From: Candidatus Microgenomates bacterium
Lineage (GTDB): Bacteria; Patescibacteriota; JACPGU01
Direction of reading: 5' to 3'
NCBI GenBank assembly: GCA_016188915.1
Contig: JACPGU010000003.1
Coordinates: forward strand, 73,045 to 137,044
Length of the DNA: 64,000 nt
Shown: one piece after another, positions 55,500-64,000 of the stretch
Layout: every line of letters begins with the position of its first letter
How positions within the stretch are numbered: position 1 is the stretch's first letter
Notes under the pieces: model-generated
What the model saw: only the letters and a program-made list of their open reading frames with translations
Database searches by the model: none
Told to the model about the DNA's origin: nothing
Translations under genes and position numbers: made by a program

Positions 55500-57449
55500 A
55501 TGTTAAAGAATTTTTATCGTAAACTGCCCTTGAAATATCGTCGAGATATAAAATTTTTTTATTACTCTTTTTTTAGGTTTACGGAAAGCTTAAAGAAAAA
55601 ACCAAAATTGCGGGATATACCTGATGGGCCGAAGATTTCTGTGGTGGTGCCGGTTTTTCGGCACGAAAGGTATTTGCGGGAGTGCATAGATTCTATTCTA
55701 AGCCAAAGCTATACGAATTTTGAATTAATTTTAGTGAACGACGATCCTGATAATAAGGAGATAGAGAAAATCTTACGAGAGTACGAGAACAATCTTAGGG
55801 TAAAAATTTTGCACAATGAGAGTAATATCCATGTTTCCGAGAGCTTAAACAGGGGCATCAGAAAATCTACTGGAGAGTACGTCGCTTTTGTGGACTGTGA
55901 TGATGCTTTGTGCCCGTATAGTTTGCAAGAAGTGGTAAAATATATTTTGGAAAACGGCTCTTGGCCAGATTTTATTAGCACGAAATACGTGGTTATCAGC
56001 GAAAAAGGGCGACTGATTTGTTGTTATAATAGACCGAAAAACCCTAATATTTTTCAAAATATGTGGGCGAGTCATTTAAAGGTGATAAGACGAGATGTTT
56101 TTGAAAAGATTGGCTATTTTGACCCAAAATGGAGCGGTATTCAGGACTATGAATTTGCTTTGCGGGCAGAAAAAAATGGTTGCCAGATCCATTATTTACA
56201 AAAATATTTATACAAATACAGGGAGCATGCCGAAACCTATACTACGCAAAAATTGAAATCGCAGTATGAAAGGTCGGATGCCCTGAAAGAACTTTACGCA
56301 CTGGATAAGAAGCTAAAAATCCTCTATCTAATCACGCAATCCGAGTGGGGTGGGGCACAGAGGTATGTCTACGATCTCGCGACAAATATGGTGCGTGATT
56401 TTGAAGTGGTGGTGGCGGGAGGGGGGGAGGGGCATTTGTCGGAGAGACTGGAACAGACGGTAGTGCGGTTTGTGGCCTTGAAGCATTTGATTCGTCCTAT
56501 TAGACCCTTTCGCGATTTGCTGGCGTTTTTTGAAATATTAACGCTTTTACGGCGGGAAAAGCCGGATATTCTGCATCTTAATTCCAGCAAGGCAGTAGTT
56601 TTGGGATCTTTAGCGGGACGTCTTTCTCGCTTCCGGCCAAAGATCATCGCCACTGCGCACGGTTTGGCATATCATGAACCAGGCTCAATATGGAAAAAAC
56701 AATTTTATAAACTTTTTGAAAAAATCGGTTTTGGTTTGGCGGATAGGATAATTTGTGTTTCCCGTTTTGATTATGGCAGTGGAATAAAAAATCATGTTTT
56801 TAAGGCCTCAAAAGCTACCATTATCTATAACGGTCTACTTGCGAAGGTGTCACCTTCGCAAGTAGACGTGAAGGCCAAGTTTTTGCATAAAGATGAAGCA
56901 TGTGTAGTTGGCACTATCGCTAATTTTTATCCCAACAAAGGCCTGGAGTATTTATTGCGAGTAGCCAAACTGATTCAAGACAAGCGTTCTGATATTAGCT
57001 TTGTTGTAGCTGGAGATGGAGTAGGGAGGCGAGACATAGAATCGCAAATCGCAGAATTGGGACTGAAAAATGTGAAGCTTATAGGATTTATCGACGATAC
57101 GGAAAAATTTCTGCAAGAATGCGACATCTTCGTCTTATCATCGCTCAAAGAAGGTTTACCTTATGTTATTTTAGAGGCGATGGCGATGGGCTTGCCTATT
57201 GTAGCAACAAAAGTCGGAGGAGTGCCGGAGATGGTGGACGACAATGTAGCCGGGTTTCTTGTCTCCCCGGCCGATTCAGAAGCACTGGCTGAAAAAATAG
57301 AAATATTAGCTAATGATTCTTCGCTCTGTCTTCGTTTCGGCCAAAGTGGCGCTAGAAAATTGCGGATTCAATTTACCCCAGACAAGATGCTTTGCGACAC
57401 AAAAAGTATCTACATAAAACTACTTGCGAAGGTGACACCTTCGCAATAA
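55500..57449 (+). CDS. GT2 plus GT4 fusion glycosyltransferase
   Basis: KISVVVP, FVDCDD, QDYE (GT2); GGAQRYV, EGLPYVILEAMA.G.P (GT4). Confidence 0.9.
   Translation: MLKNFYRKLPLKYRRDIKFFYYSFFRFTESLKKKPKLRDIPDGPKISVVVPVFRHERYLRECIDSILSQSYTNFELILVNDDPDNKEIEKILREYENNLRVKILHNESNIHVSESLNRGIRKSTGEYVAFVDCDDALCPYSLQEVVKYILENGSWPDFISTKYVVISEKGRLICCYNRPKNPNIFQNMWASHLKVIRRDVFEKIGYFDPKWSGIQDYEFALRAEKNGCQIHYLQKYLYKYREHAETYTTQKLKSQYERSDALKELYALDKKLKILYLITQSEWGGAQRYVYDLATNMVRDFEVVVAGGGEGHLSERLEQTVVRFVALKHLIRPIRPFRDLLAFFEILTLLRREKPDILHLNSSKAVVLGSLAGRLSRFRPKIIATAHGLAYHEPGSIWKKQFYKLFEKIGFGLADRIICVSRFDYGSGIKNHVFKASKATIIYNGLLAKVSPSQVDVKAKFLHKDEACVVGTIANFYPNKGLEYLLRVAKLIQDKRSDISFVVAGDGVGRRDIESQIAELGLKNVKLIGFIDDTEKFLQECDIFVLSSLKEGLPYVILEAMAMGLPIVATKVGGVPEMVDDNVAGFLVSPADSEALAEKIEILANDSSLCLRFGQSGARKLRIQFTPDKMLCDTKSIYIKLLAKVTPSQ
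56833..56867. repeat. REP palindrome copy 1 (inside glycosyltransferase)
   Basis: GTCTACTTGCGAAGGTG-T-CACCTTCGCAAGTAGAC. Confidence 0.92.
57420..57446. repeat. REP palindrome copy 2 (3' end of glycosyltransferase)
   Basis: CTACTTGCGAAGGTG-A-CACCTTCGCAA. Confidence 0.92.
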
Positions 57450-57458
57450 GATAAAATC

Positions 57459-58157
57459 ATGCAACGGCAAATAGAACAAAAACAAAAAAATGCCGATTAT
57501 GGCATATTTCATATCTATAATCGTGGGACAGAAAAAAGAGATATTTTTTTAGATATGTACGATTTTAAAAGATTCTATGATGGTATACGGGAATTTAATA
57601 CTACTATACCGGTTGATCTACGTGAAAGAATACGGGAAAAAAAGAAACGCGAAGGTGACACCTTCGCAAATAGTGGGCTAGCAAGAGGAGAAAGGCTGGT
57701 AGATGTGTTGTGTTTTTGTTTAATGCCCAATCATTATCATCTTATTTTAAAGCCCCTCATAAAGAATGGTGTGACTGTATTTATGCGTAAATTAGCCACT
57801 GGCTATTCATCTTATTTCAATCGTAGATATGAAAGAAGTGGTAGACTATTCCAAAATGTTTTTAAAAATAAGGAGATAGATTCTGACGAATCATTTTTGT
57901 ATGTCTCTGCCTATCAACACATCAATCCTATAGCTGCTAAGTTGGCGAAAAAACCATCAGATTGGCTATGGTCTAGCTATAAACACTTTATCGGGGTAAG
58001 GAATGATGATATACTGCTAGGGGTAGAAAAAATATTGAGCGTTACATCACTTGAGTATAAAAAATATGTTGAGGGATTAATAGATGAAAATTGGTTTAGC
58101 AACCATAAAAAAAATTTACTTTTAGAGACAGACGATGATTACTACTTGCGAAGGTGA
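57459..58157 (+). mobile_element. REP-associated tyrosine transposase (RAYT, Y1 HUH)
   Basis: FHIYNRG, CLMPNHYHLI (HUH), YFN..YER.G.LFQ, Y.HINP (catalytic Tyr), WSSY; flanked by palindromes. Confidence 0.9.
57649..57669. repeat. REP palindrome copy 3 (inside transposase ORF)
   Basis: GCGAAGGTG-A-CACCTTCGCAA. Confidence 0.9.
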
Positions 58158-58171
58158 CACCTTCGCAAGTA
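58143..58171. repeat. REP palindrome copy 4 (contains transposase stop codon)
   Basis: TACTTGCGAAGGTG-A-CACCTTCGCAAGTA. Confidence 0.92.
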
Positions 58172-58188
58172 ATAAAATGGGTATTTTT

Positions 58189-60228
58189 ATGACATCGAAA
58201 GAATTGCGACAGAAATTTTTGGATTTTTTTGAAAAGAAGGGTCATATAATTATCCCTTCAGCTTCTTTGATTCCGGAAAATGATCCGACGACGCTCTTTA
58301 CTAGCGCCGGCATGCAGCCAATGATGCCGTATTTGCTTGGCGCCGAGCATCCGGGCGGTAATAAAGTAGCGGACTCACAGAAATGTTTTCGCACGCAAGA
58401 CATCGACGAGGTTGGAGATCAGCGCCATACGACTTTTTTTGAGATGCTTGGTAATTGGTCATTTGGTGAATATTTTAAGCGTGAGCAGATACAGTGGATG
58501 TCGGAATTTCTTTTCGATGAATTGATGCTTGACCCAAAGCGGGTGTATGTGACGGTCTATCGTGGCAATACCGAGATAAATATCGGAAAAGACGAAGAGT
58601 CGGCTGAGTTGTGGCAAAAAACATTTGAGGAGCGAGGTGTCGATGCCGAGATCGCTGATATGGCTGAAGAGGATGGCATGAGTGGTGCCCGTATTTTTTA
58701 TTATGGTGATAAAAAAAATTGGTGGTCTCGAGCAGGTGTGCCACACGATATGCCACTCGGTGAACCAGGTGGACCCGACAGCGAGATGTTTTGGGATTTC
58801 GGTGAGGATCTCGAGCTTCATGAAAGATCGCCATACAAAGACCAAGTCTGTCATGTGAACTGTGATTGCGGAAGGTTTTCCGAGATTGGCAACAATGTCT
58901 TTATGCAGTATGTAAAGGTTGGTACGGGTTTTGAGCCACTATCAAAGAAAAACGTGGACTTTGGCGGGGGGCTGGAGCGCATGACGGCTGCTACGAACGA
59001 CTTGCCGGACATCTTCATGATCGATGTCTTTGATGCTGCGCGGGAAAAGCTTGAGGATATAAGCGACAAAAAGTATGGAGAGAACGAGGAAGAAACGCGC
59101 GCCTTTCGGGTGATCTTGGATCACATTAGGGCCGCGATGTTTTTGGCAGCAGATGGTGCGGTGCCGTCCAACAAAGACCAGGGCTACTTCACTCGTCGCC
59201 TCATCCGTCGTGCGATCCGATATGGGCATCAACTGGGTATTTCCGATAGTTTTTGTGGTGATATCGTAGACGCATTTATCACTACTTACGGCGAAGCATA
59301 TCCAGATATTGGCACAAATAGGGACACGATTGTTGAAGAAGAAGAAAAGTTTAATCGCACTATAGTTGAAGGACTCAAGGTGGCACACAAGATGTTTGCC
59401 GAGAAGACACCGATAGAAAAATCCAAATTCCATAAATTCATGTTGCTTCATGACCACACTCAGATTTTGAAAGAATTATGGAAAAAGAAAAGAGGAGGGG
59501 AGGATTATTCTATTCAGAAAGCGAACATAACCCAAGGGGAGATCGACAATGCGATAATAACCGGAGAAGAAGGGTTTTTGCTTTATCAATCATATGGTTT
59601 CCCGATGGAGATGATTATTGAGTTGGCGACAGAGGCACGACTCTTTTTTCATCGCGGTGAATTTCGTCGTGAACTCGAAAAGCATCAAAACTTATCTCGT
59701 AGTGCTTCAGCGGGGAAATTCAAAGGCGGGTTGGCGGATAATTCCGAGGAAACGACGAAGCTTCATACTGCCACGCACCTTCTCCTCAAATCTTTGCGGA
59801 CGGTTTTGGGCGACGAAAATATCAATCAAAAAGGCAGTAATATCACGGCTGAAAGATTGCGGTTTGATTTCAATTTTCCCCGCAAACTAGAACCGGATGA
59901 GCTGAAAAAAATAGAAGAAATGGTTAATGAGCAAATTAAACGCGATCTCAAGGTAGAGCGGCTGGAAATGTCGTATGATGAAGCAAAAAAAATGGGGGCG
60001 ATAGGCGTTTTTGAAAATAAATATGGAGAAAATGTTTCAGTTTATAAAATGGGGGGTGATCCCTCGACTCCCGATGGTCGCTCGGGACAAGCTTTCAGCT
60101 TGGAGCTTTGTGGCGGTCCACACGTGGAGCATACGGGACAGCTCGGGAGCTTCAAAATAATCAAAGAAGAGGCCTCTTCGGCCGGGGTTAGGAGGATTAA
60201 AGGGACACTAGGAGGGGGTAAGAAATAA
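58189..60228 (+). CDS. alaS: Alanine--tRNA ligase lacking the C-Ala domain
   Basis: Start MTSKELRQKF; LFTSAGMQ, HTTFFEMLGNWSFG, GLER, YGFP, HTATHLL, RLRFDF, ELCGGPH and GVRRI motifs. Confidence 0.96.
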   Translation: MTSKELRQKFLDFFEKKGHIIIPSASLIPENDPTTLFTSAGMQPMMPYLLGAEHPGGNKVADSQKCFRTQDIDEVGDQRHTTFFEMLGNWSFGEYFKREQIQWMSEFLFDELMLDPKRVYVTVYRGNTEINIGKDEESAELWQKTFEERGVDAEIADMAEEDGMSGARIFYYGDKKNWWSRAGVPHDMPLGEPGGPDSEMFWDFGEDLELHERSPYKDQVCHVNCDCGRFSEIGNNVFMQYVKVGTGFEPLSKKNVDFGGGLERMTAATNDLPDIFMIDVFDAAREKLEDISDKKYGENEEETRAFRVILDHIRAAMFLAADGAVPSNKDQGYFTRRLIRRAIRYGHQLGISDSFCGDIVDAFITTYGEAYPDIGTNRDTIVEEEEKFNRTIVEGLKVAHKMFAEKTPIEKSKFHKFMLLHDHTQILKELWKKKRGGEDYSIQKANITQGEIDNAIITGEEGFLLYQSYGFPMEMIIELATEARLFFHRGEFRRELEKHQNLSRSASAGKFKGGLADNSEETTKLHTATHLLLKSLRTVLGDENINQKGSNITAERLRFDFNFPRKLEPDELKKIEEMVNEQIKRDLKVERLEMSYDEAKKMGAIGVFENKYGENVSVYKMGGDPSTPDGRSGQAFSLELCGGPHVEHTGQLGSFKIIKEEASSAGVRRIKGTLGGGKK

Positions 60229-60301
60229 AAAAGGACGCTGGTGCAAAATGCGCGCAAGCGTCCTAATGGACGGCCTACTTGCGTAGGCCGGTTTTCCCTG
60301 T

Positions 60302-61552
60302 TCAGGTAATGGGTATCATGCCGATTCCGAGGAAGCGAATCCTGGGGATATTGTTTTCGGTACCCGATCCGTGGACTGAGTAGTTCGGATCGTCGCACCC
60401 ACCCCTGGTGGCCATGATTTCTTCGAGCAACCCTTTTGTTGCAAGACCCAGCTCACTGCTGTGTCCTTCCGGTGACGCTTGGTTGGCATTCACGATCGCG
60501 GTTACATCGAGGTCTTGAACATTACCTGCTTTCGCGGCATCGACGATGGCAATCTTCGTCTCGCCGGAGAGAGCGCCTTCGTATTCTTTCACGCATGACG
60601 CCAGTTTCACGGCATCTTCCTGGCTCTGAATGCCCCATCTTCCGACGAACGCTCGCAGAAAAGCATTTCGGGACCTGCCCGTCCGAAACTTTTTGACGAA
60701 TTTCACCGCAGGATCGATAAGACCGATTCTCTCGAGGACAAGGGTATTGAGATAATCCTCGGCAGCCGCCACGCGCCCGACTTCTGCTTCTTCGGCGGCC
60801 AAAAGATATGCAATGTTTTCCAGCTCCTCGACTGGCGTATCCGTATTGCAGCGCACGATGCGCGCCTCCGCCGCACCGAAGATGGCGGTCAGTGCCTCGA
60901 TGCCGCCAAATTCCGTTGTTTGCACGAGCTTGGCGAGTTTGACCAGTTCTTCCGTCAGAAGTTCTTCATTCCATTTATGGGCTTGTAGGAAAATTCTGAT
61001 GGTGCGATGAATCCCCGTTCTGGTCAGGAAAGCGTTCGCCAGCATTATCGCGTCTTCAGTGGTGGTCAGGAGACCACTCGCTCGTGCGAGTATTGCCTCC
61101 TCGAGGATGTCGGACCCACGCCCATCACAGAAAGGATCGCGCACTTGTTCCGCCAGTTCGCAGAGATCGGCGAGCGTCAAGCCGGGTGGCAGATCGAGAT
61201 TGTTCTTGAATGCTTCTTTGATAACCGCAATCGTTTCGTTGACCCTATCTTTGCTGTCCTCTTCGTCCACCATTCCGATCAGATCGCAGTAGTTCTCGAG
61301 ATCCAATGCTACATTCGAGTTCCTGGTCACTCTTCGGAGCCATTCGTTTCTTACTGCCGGCGACCGGAGGGCTTGAACAAGTTGCTTTGTATCGTTCTTT
61401 CTGTGCCAGACAGCAAACGCCCTCTCGATGATGGCACTTTCGTGTGCCGCCCGATGCTCGTCGTCCTTGAGCTGGTTCGCCAATTCGCACAACTCATGAA
61501 TCGTTGACGATCCCCGAATCTTCTCCCCAAACGTTTTCGGCCAAAAGCTCAT
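60302..61552 (-). CDS. Hypothetical alpha-helical repeat protein
   Basis: ATG 61552 after GAGGAG; recurring (E/D)L.ELA..(L/V) units; visibly GC-richer than neighbours. Confidence 0.7.
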   Translation of the reverse strand: MSFWPKTFGEKIRGSSTIHELCELANQLKDDEHRAAHESAIIERAFAVWHRKNDTKQLVQALRSPAVRNEWLRRVTRNSNVALDLENYCDLIGMVDEEDSKDRVNETIAVIKEAFKNNLDLPPGLTLADLCELAEQVRDPFCDGRGSDILEEAILARASGLLTTTEDAIMLANAFLTRTGIHRTIRIFLQAHKWNEELLTEELVKLAKLVQTTEFGGIEALTAIFGAAEARIVRCNTDTPVEELENIAYLLAAEEAEVGRVAAAEDYLNTLVLERIGLIDPAVKFVKKFRTGRSRNAFLRAFVGRWGIQSQEDAVKLASCVKEYEGALSGETKIAIVDAAKAGNVQDLDVTAIVNANQASPEGHSSELGLATKGLLEEIMATRGGCDDPNYSVHGSGTENNIPRIRFLGIGMIPIT

Positions 61553-61759
61553 TTCTTTCGTACTCCTCGGTAGATATTTTGTCGCAACGCGACGGACTCG
61601 CAAGAGCGAGTATTCGACCTGGCATTTTGTTAAACGACAATCTGTCGCCTATCTTACTGCTTTTTTGTACTAATGTCAATATATCGCTCAAATAAGCTGT
61701 TTCAAGGTAGCGCTGGGTTTGTTCTTCCGTTCTCTCGCTGTTGCGGATATAATATATCC

Positions 61760-63016
61760 ATGAGTTTTCTTGATCGCCTCTTGGGCTACAATGAGCTAAA
61801 TCACCACGCTATTGCGCTGGATGTGGGAACGGAGTTTGTCAAAACTTTGGTTTTTCGAGTAGATCAGGGCAAAGCCTATATTTTGGGTGCCTCGAGAACA
61901 CGCCAGGAGCTCAAAGATATGCAGGGGGGAGCGATTACTGATATTTCCGGAGTAATCAAAAATTGTCTCAAATCCCTAGAAGAAGCCTGCGATATGGCCA
62001 AAATTACTCCAGATAAAGTAATCATGGGCATTGCCGGTGAATTGGTCAAAGGAGCAACCACAACTATTTCCTATACGAGAAAAGAGCCGGCTAAAAAAAT
62101 TGACGCCAAAGAATTAGACAATATTATAAAAAAAGTCCAAGAAAAAGCCTTCGGTCAAATTCATCACCAAATCGCCTGGGAAACGGGTAAGGACGATATT
62201 GACATTCATCTAGTTAACGCGGCGATTGCCGATGTCAAAATAGACCGCCATCCGGTAAGTAGTCCTATCGGGTTTACGGGTAAAAATATCGTTGTTTCAG
62301 TTTATAATGCCTTTTCGCCAATGATTTATCTGGGAGCTTTGGAGTCGGTGGCCGAAAACCTAGGGCTAAATCTCATCGGTATCGCGGCTGAACCTTATGC
62401 CGTGGCTAAATCCATGGGATTGTCTCAGGGTCAGGATTTTTCCGCTATTTTCATGGACATTGGTGGCGGGACGACGGATATCGCGGTTGTTCGTGGTGGC
62501 GGTTTGGAGGGGACTAAGATTTTTTCTATCGGCGGGAGAGCTTTTACCAAAAGAATAGCCAGAGAGATGAATACTAATTTTGCTAAAGCGGAAGAAATGA
62601 AACTGGCTTACGCTAATAATGACTTGGCCGAAAAAGAAAAGCAGGCAGTAGGCGAGATACTGCAGGAAGATGTTTCTATTTGGCTGGAGGGTGTTAAAAT
62701 GGTCTTAAAAGAATTTGGCGATGAGCAGATGCTGCCTTCTCGAATTTTACTCTGTGGCGGCGGTTCTCTTTTGCCTGAAATAAAAAAATCTTTAGAAAAA
62801 TCAGATTGGGCTAAAGATTTAGCCTTCGCTAAAAAAGCCAATATCACTTTTATCAAACCCAAAGATGTGGAAAATGTGATAGATCAAACGAAATTATTGG
62901 ATAGCCCATCGGATATTACGGCTATGGCTTTGGCCAATCTTGCGATAGAATTGGTAGAGGGATTGAGCCCGATGGCAGAAATGTTGCGCAAAACAGCGGA
63001 AGGCATTACACATTAG
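61760..63016 (+). CDS. FtsA-like actin-fold ATPase
   Basis: ALDVGTEFVK, AEPYA, DIGGGTTD, GG..FT..I, AEE.K and LCGGGS.L motifs. Confidence 0.8.
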   Translation: MSFLDRLLGYNELNHHAIALDVGTEFVKTLVFRVDQGKAYILGASRTRQELKDMQGGAITDISGVIKNCLKSLEEACDMAKITPDKVIMGIAGELVKGATTTISYTRKEPAKKIDAKELDNIIKKVQEKAFGQIHHQIAWETGKDDIDIHLVNAAIADVKIDRHPVSSPIGFTGKNIVVSVYNAFSPMIYLGALESVAENLGLNLIGIAAEPYAVAKSMGLSQGQDFSAIFMDIGGGTTDIAVVRGGGLEGTKIFSIGGRAFTKRIAREMNTNFAKAEEMKLAYANNDLAEKEKQAVGEILQEDVSIWLEGVKMVLKEFGDEQMLPSRILLCGGGSLLPEIKKSLEKSDWAKDLAFAKKANITFIKPKDVENVIDQTKLLDSPSDITAMALANLAIELVEGLSPMAEMLRKTAEGITH

Positions 63017-63024
63017 AAATTTTT

Positions 63025-64000
63025 ATGGAAAAAATACTCTATCTAGAGCCAGATGAAGAAATAACCAGCATTATTGATCGTTTGAAAAAAGAAGATGAGC
63101 CTTCTTTGATCGCGGTGGTGCCACCAGGAGCAGCGCTTTTGTCTAGTAATATCAATTTGCGTCTTTTAAAAGAAAAAAGTGAATTTTTGAACAAAAATCT
63201 TTCTTTGGTGATGGCCGACAAAACTTTTGAAAAAGTAGCTAATCAAATGGGATTTAGAGTTTATGAAAGTATTACTGATGCTAAAAAAGATTTGAGCATC
63301 AGTACAGAAATAATCGGAGGAGGCGAAGAAGAATTGCCGGCAGGACCGGCAGATAAAGAAGCAACGAAAGAAAACATCACAACCTCTTTTGAAGAAGAAA
63401 AAGAGATGATTTTTCGTTCTCAAGAAAAAGCTGATATTTTTACTGATGAAGATAGACCGCGCCACAAAAGCTTTAAAAACAAACCTAATATCAAACCCAA
63501 AACTATTGCCCTGGTCGGTGGAGTGGTCATTATTTTGTGGATTTTGGCGACTTTTTTATTTCCGCAAGCGACAGTCTATCTGACAGTTTACTCTCATGAA
63601 GAAGAATTACTTTTGCCTTTTCGCGTAGCTACTTCTGCCAAGACGGCAGAGAAAAAAGACCAATTTATTCTTCCGGCCGTCTGGGAGGACACGGAGAAAA
63701 TTACCAGCATAGAATTTACTTCAACTGGCGAAAAAAATATGGGCGACAAAGCACACGGAACTTTAAATATCTATAATCGCTCTGGACGAATTTATTCTTT
63801 TCCAGCCGGTACGGAATTCATCTCTCAAGAAAAGATTTTTACAAATAAAGAGACGGTGACGGTGCCGGGGGCCCTGGTTTCAGATTTTGGCGAATTGGTG
63901 CCAGGCAAGGCCTCTTTTGAAGCGGAGGCCAAAGAAGGAGGCTCGTCTTACAATATAAAATCTGGCCGTTTTTCCATCCCCTTGATCAAGGATGTAGCGG
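63025..64000 (+). CDS. Partial CDS running off the window: membrane-anchored protein with baseplate-J-like C-terminal region
   Basis: MEKILYLEPDEEITSIIDRL..., a TM segment near 63500-63560, then TGEK..GDKA.G..IYN...PAGTEF...GGSSYN. Confidence 0.65.
   Translation, partial: MEKILYLEPDEEITSIIDRLKKEDEPSLIAVVPPGAALLSSNINLRLLKEKSEFLNKNLSLVMADKTFEKVANQMGFRVYESITDAKKDLSISTEIIGGGEEELPAGPADKEATKENITTSFEEEKEMIFRSQEKADIFTDEDRPRHKSFKNKPNIKPKTIALVGGVVIILWILATFLFPQATVYLTVYSHEEELLLPFRVATSAKTAEKKDQFILPAVWEDTEKITSIEFTSTGEKNMGDKAHGTLNIYNRSGRIYSFPAGTEFISQEKIFTNKETVTVPGALVSDFGELVPGKASFEAEAKEGGSSYNIKSGRFSIPLIKDVA

Noticed and set aside
58135-58188. alaS start at 58135
   Set aside because: The extension reads through the REP and transposase end; AlaRS homology begins at ATG 58189.

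Overview
This is a 64-kb chromosomal segment using genetic code 11. Its gene set suggests a Patescibacteria/CPR bacterium (inference): AlaRS without a C-Ala domain, an FtsA-like plus baseplate-J-like gene pair, a RAYT with short palindromes, and an NBR1-Ig-like S-layer protein. Left to right it holds tRNA-Leu(TAA); a ~16-kb accessory block (paralogous membrane/coiled-coil genes, transglutaminase-like protein, CsoR operon, a 1389-aa secreted multidomain protein with an internal nuclease-like domain, a GHMP-kinase-fold/wHTH fusion); a GxxExxY gene bracketed by a perfect 42-bp inverted repeat; LysM, HTH and mnmA genes; a large S-layer-type gene; a ~29-kb glycan locus (ligase-like protein, Wzm/Wzt, GtrAB-like pair, CDP-3,6-dideoxysugar enzymes, TPP enzyme, NeuB-cupin, two radical SAMs, a VTC2-like HIT phosphorylase); a REP-associated tyrosine transposase with four palindromes; alaS; and an FtsA-like gene pair running off the right edge. 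A recurring theme is small palindromic or heptameric repeats inserted in-frame in genes. No CRISPR array, rRNA, integrase or reverse transcriptase was seen. All family assignments come from motif recognition by eye, not database searches.
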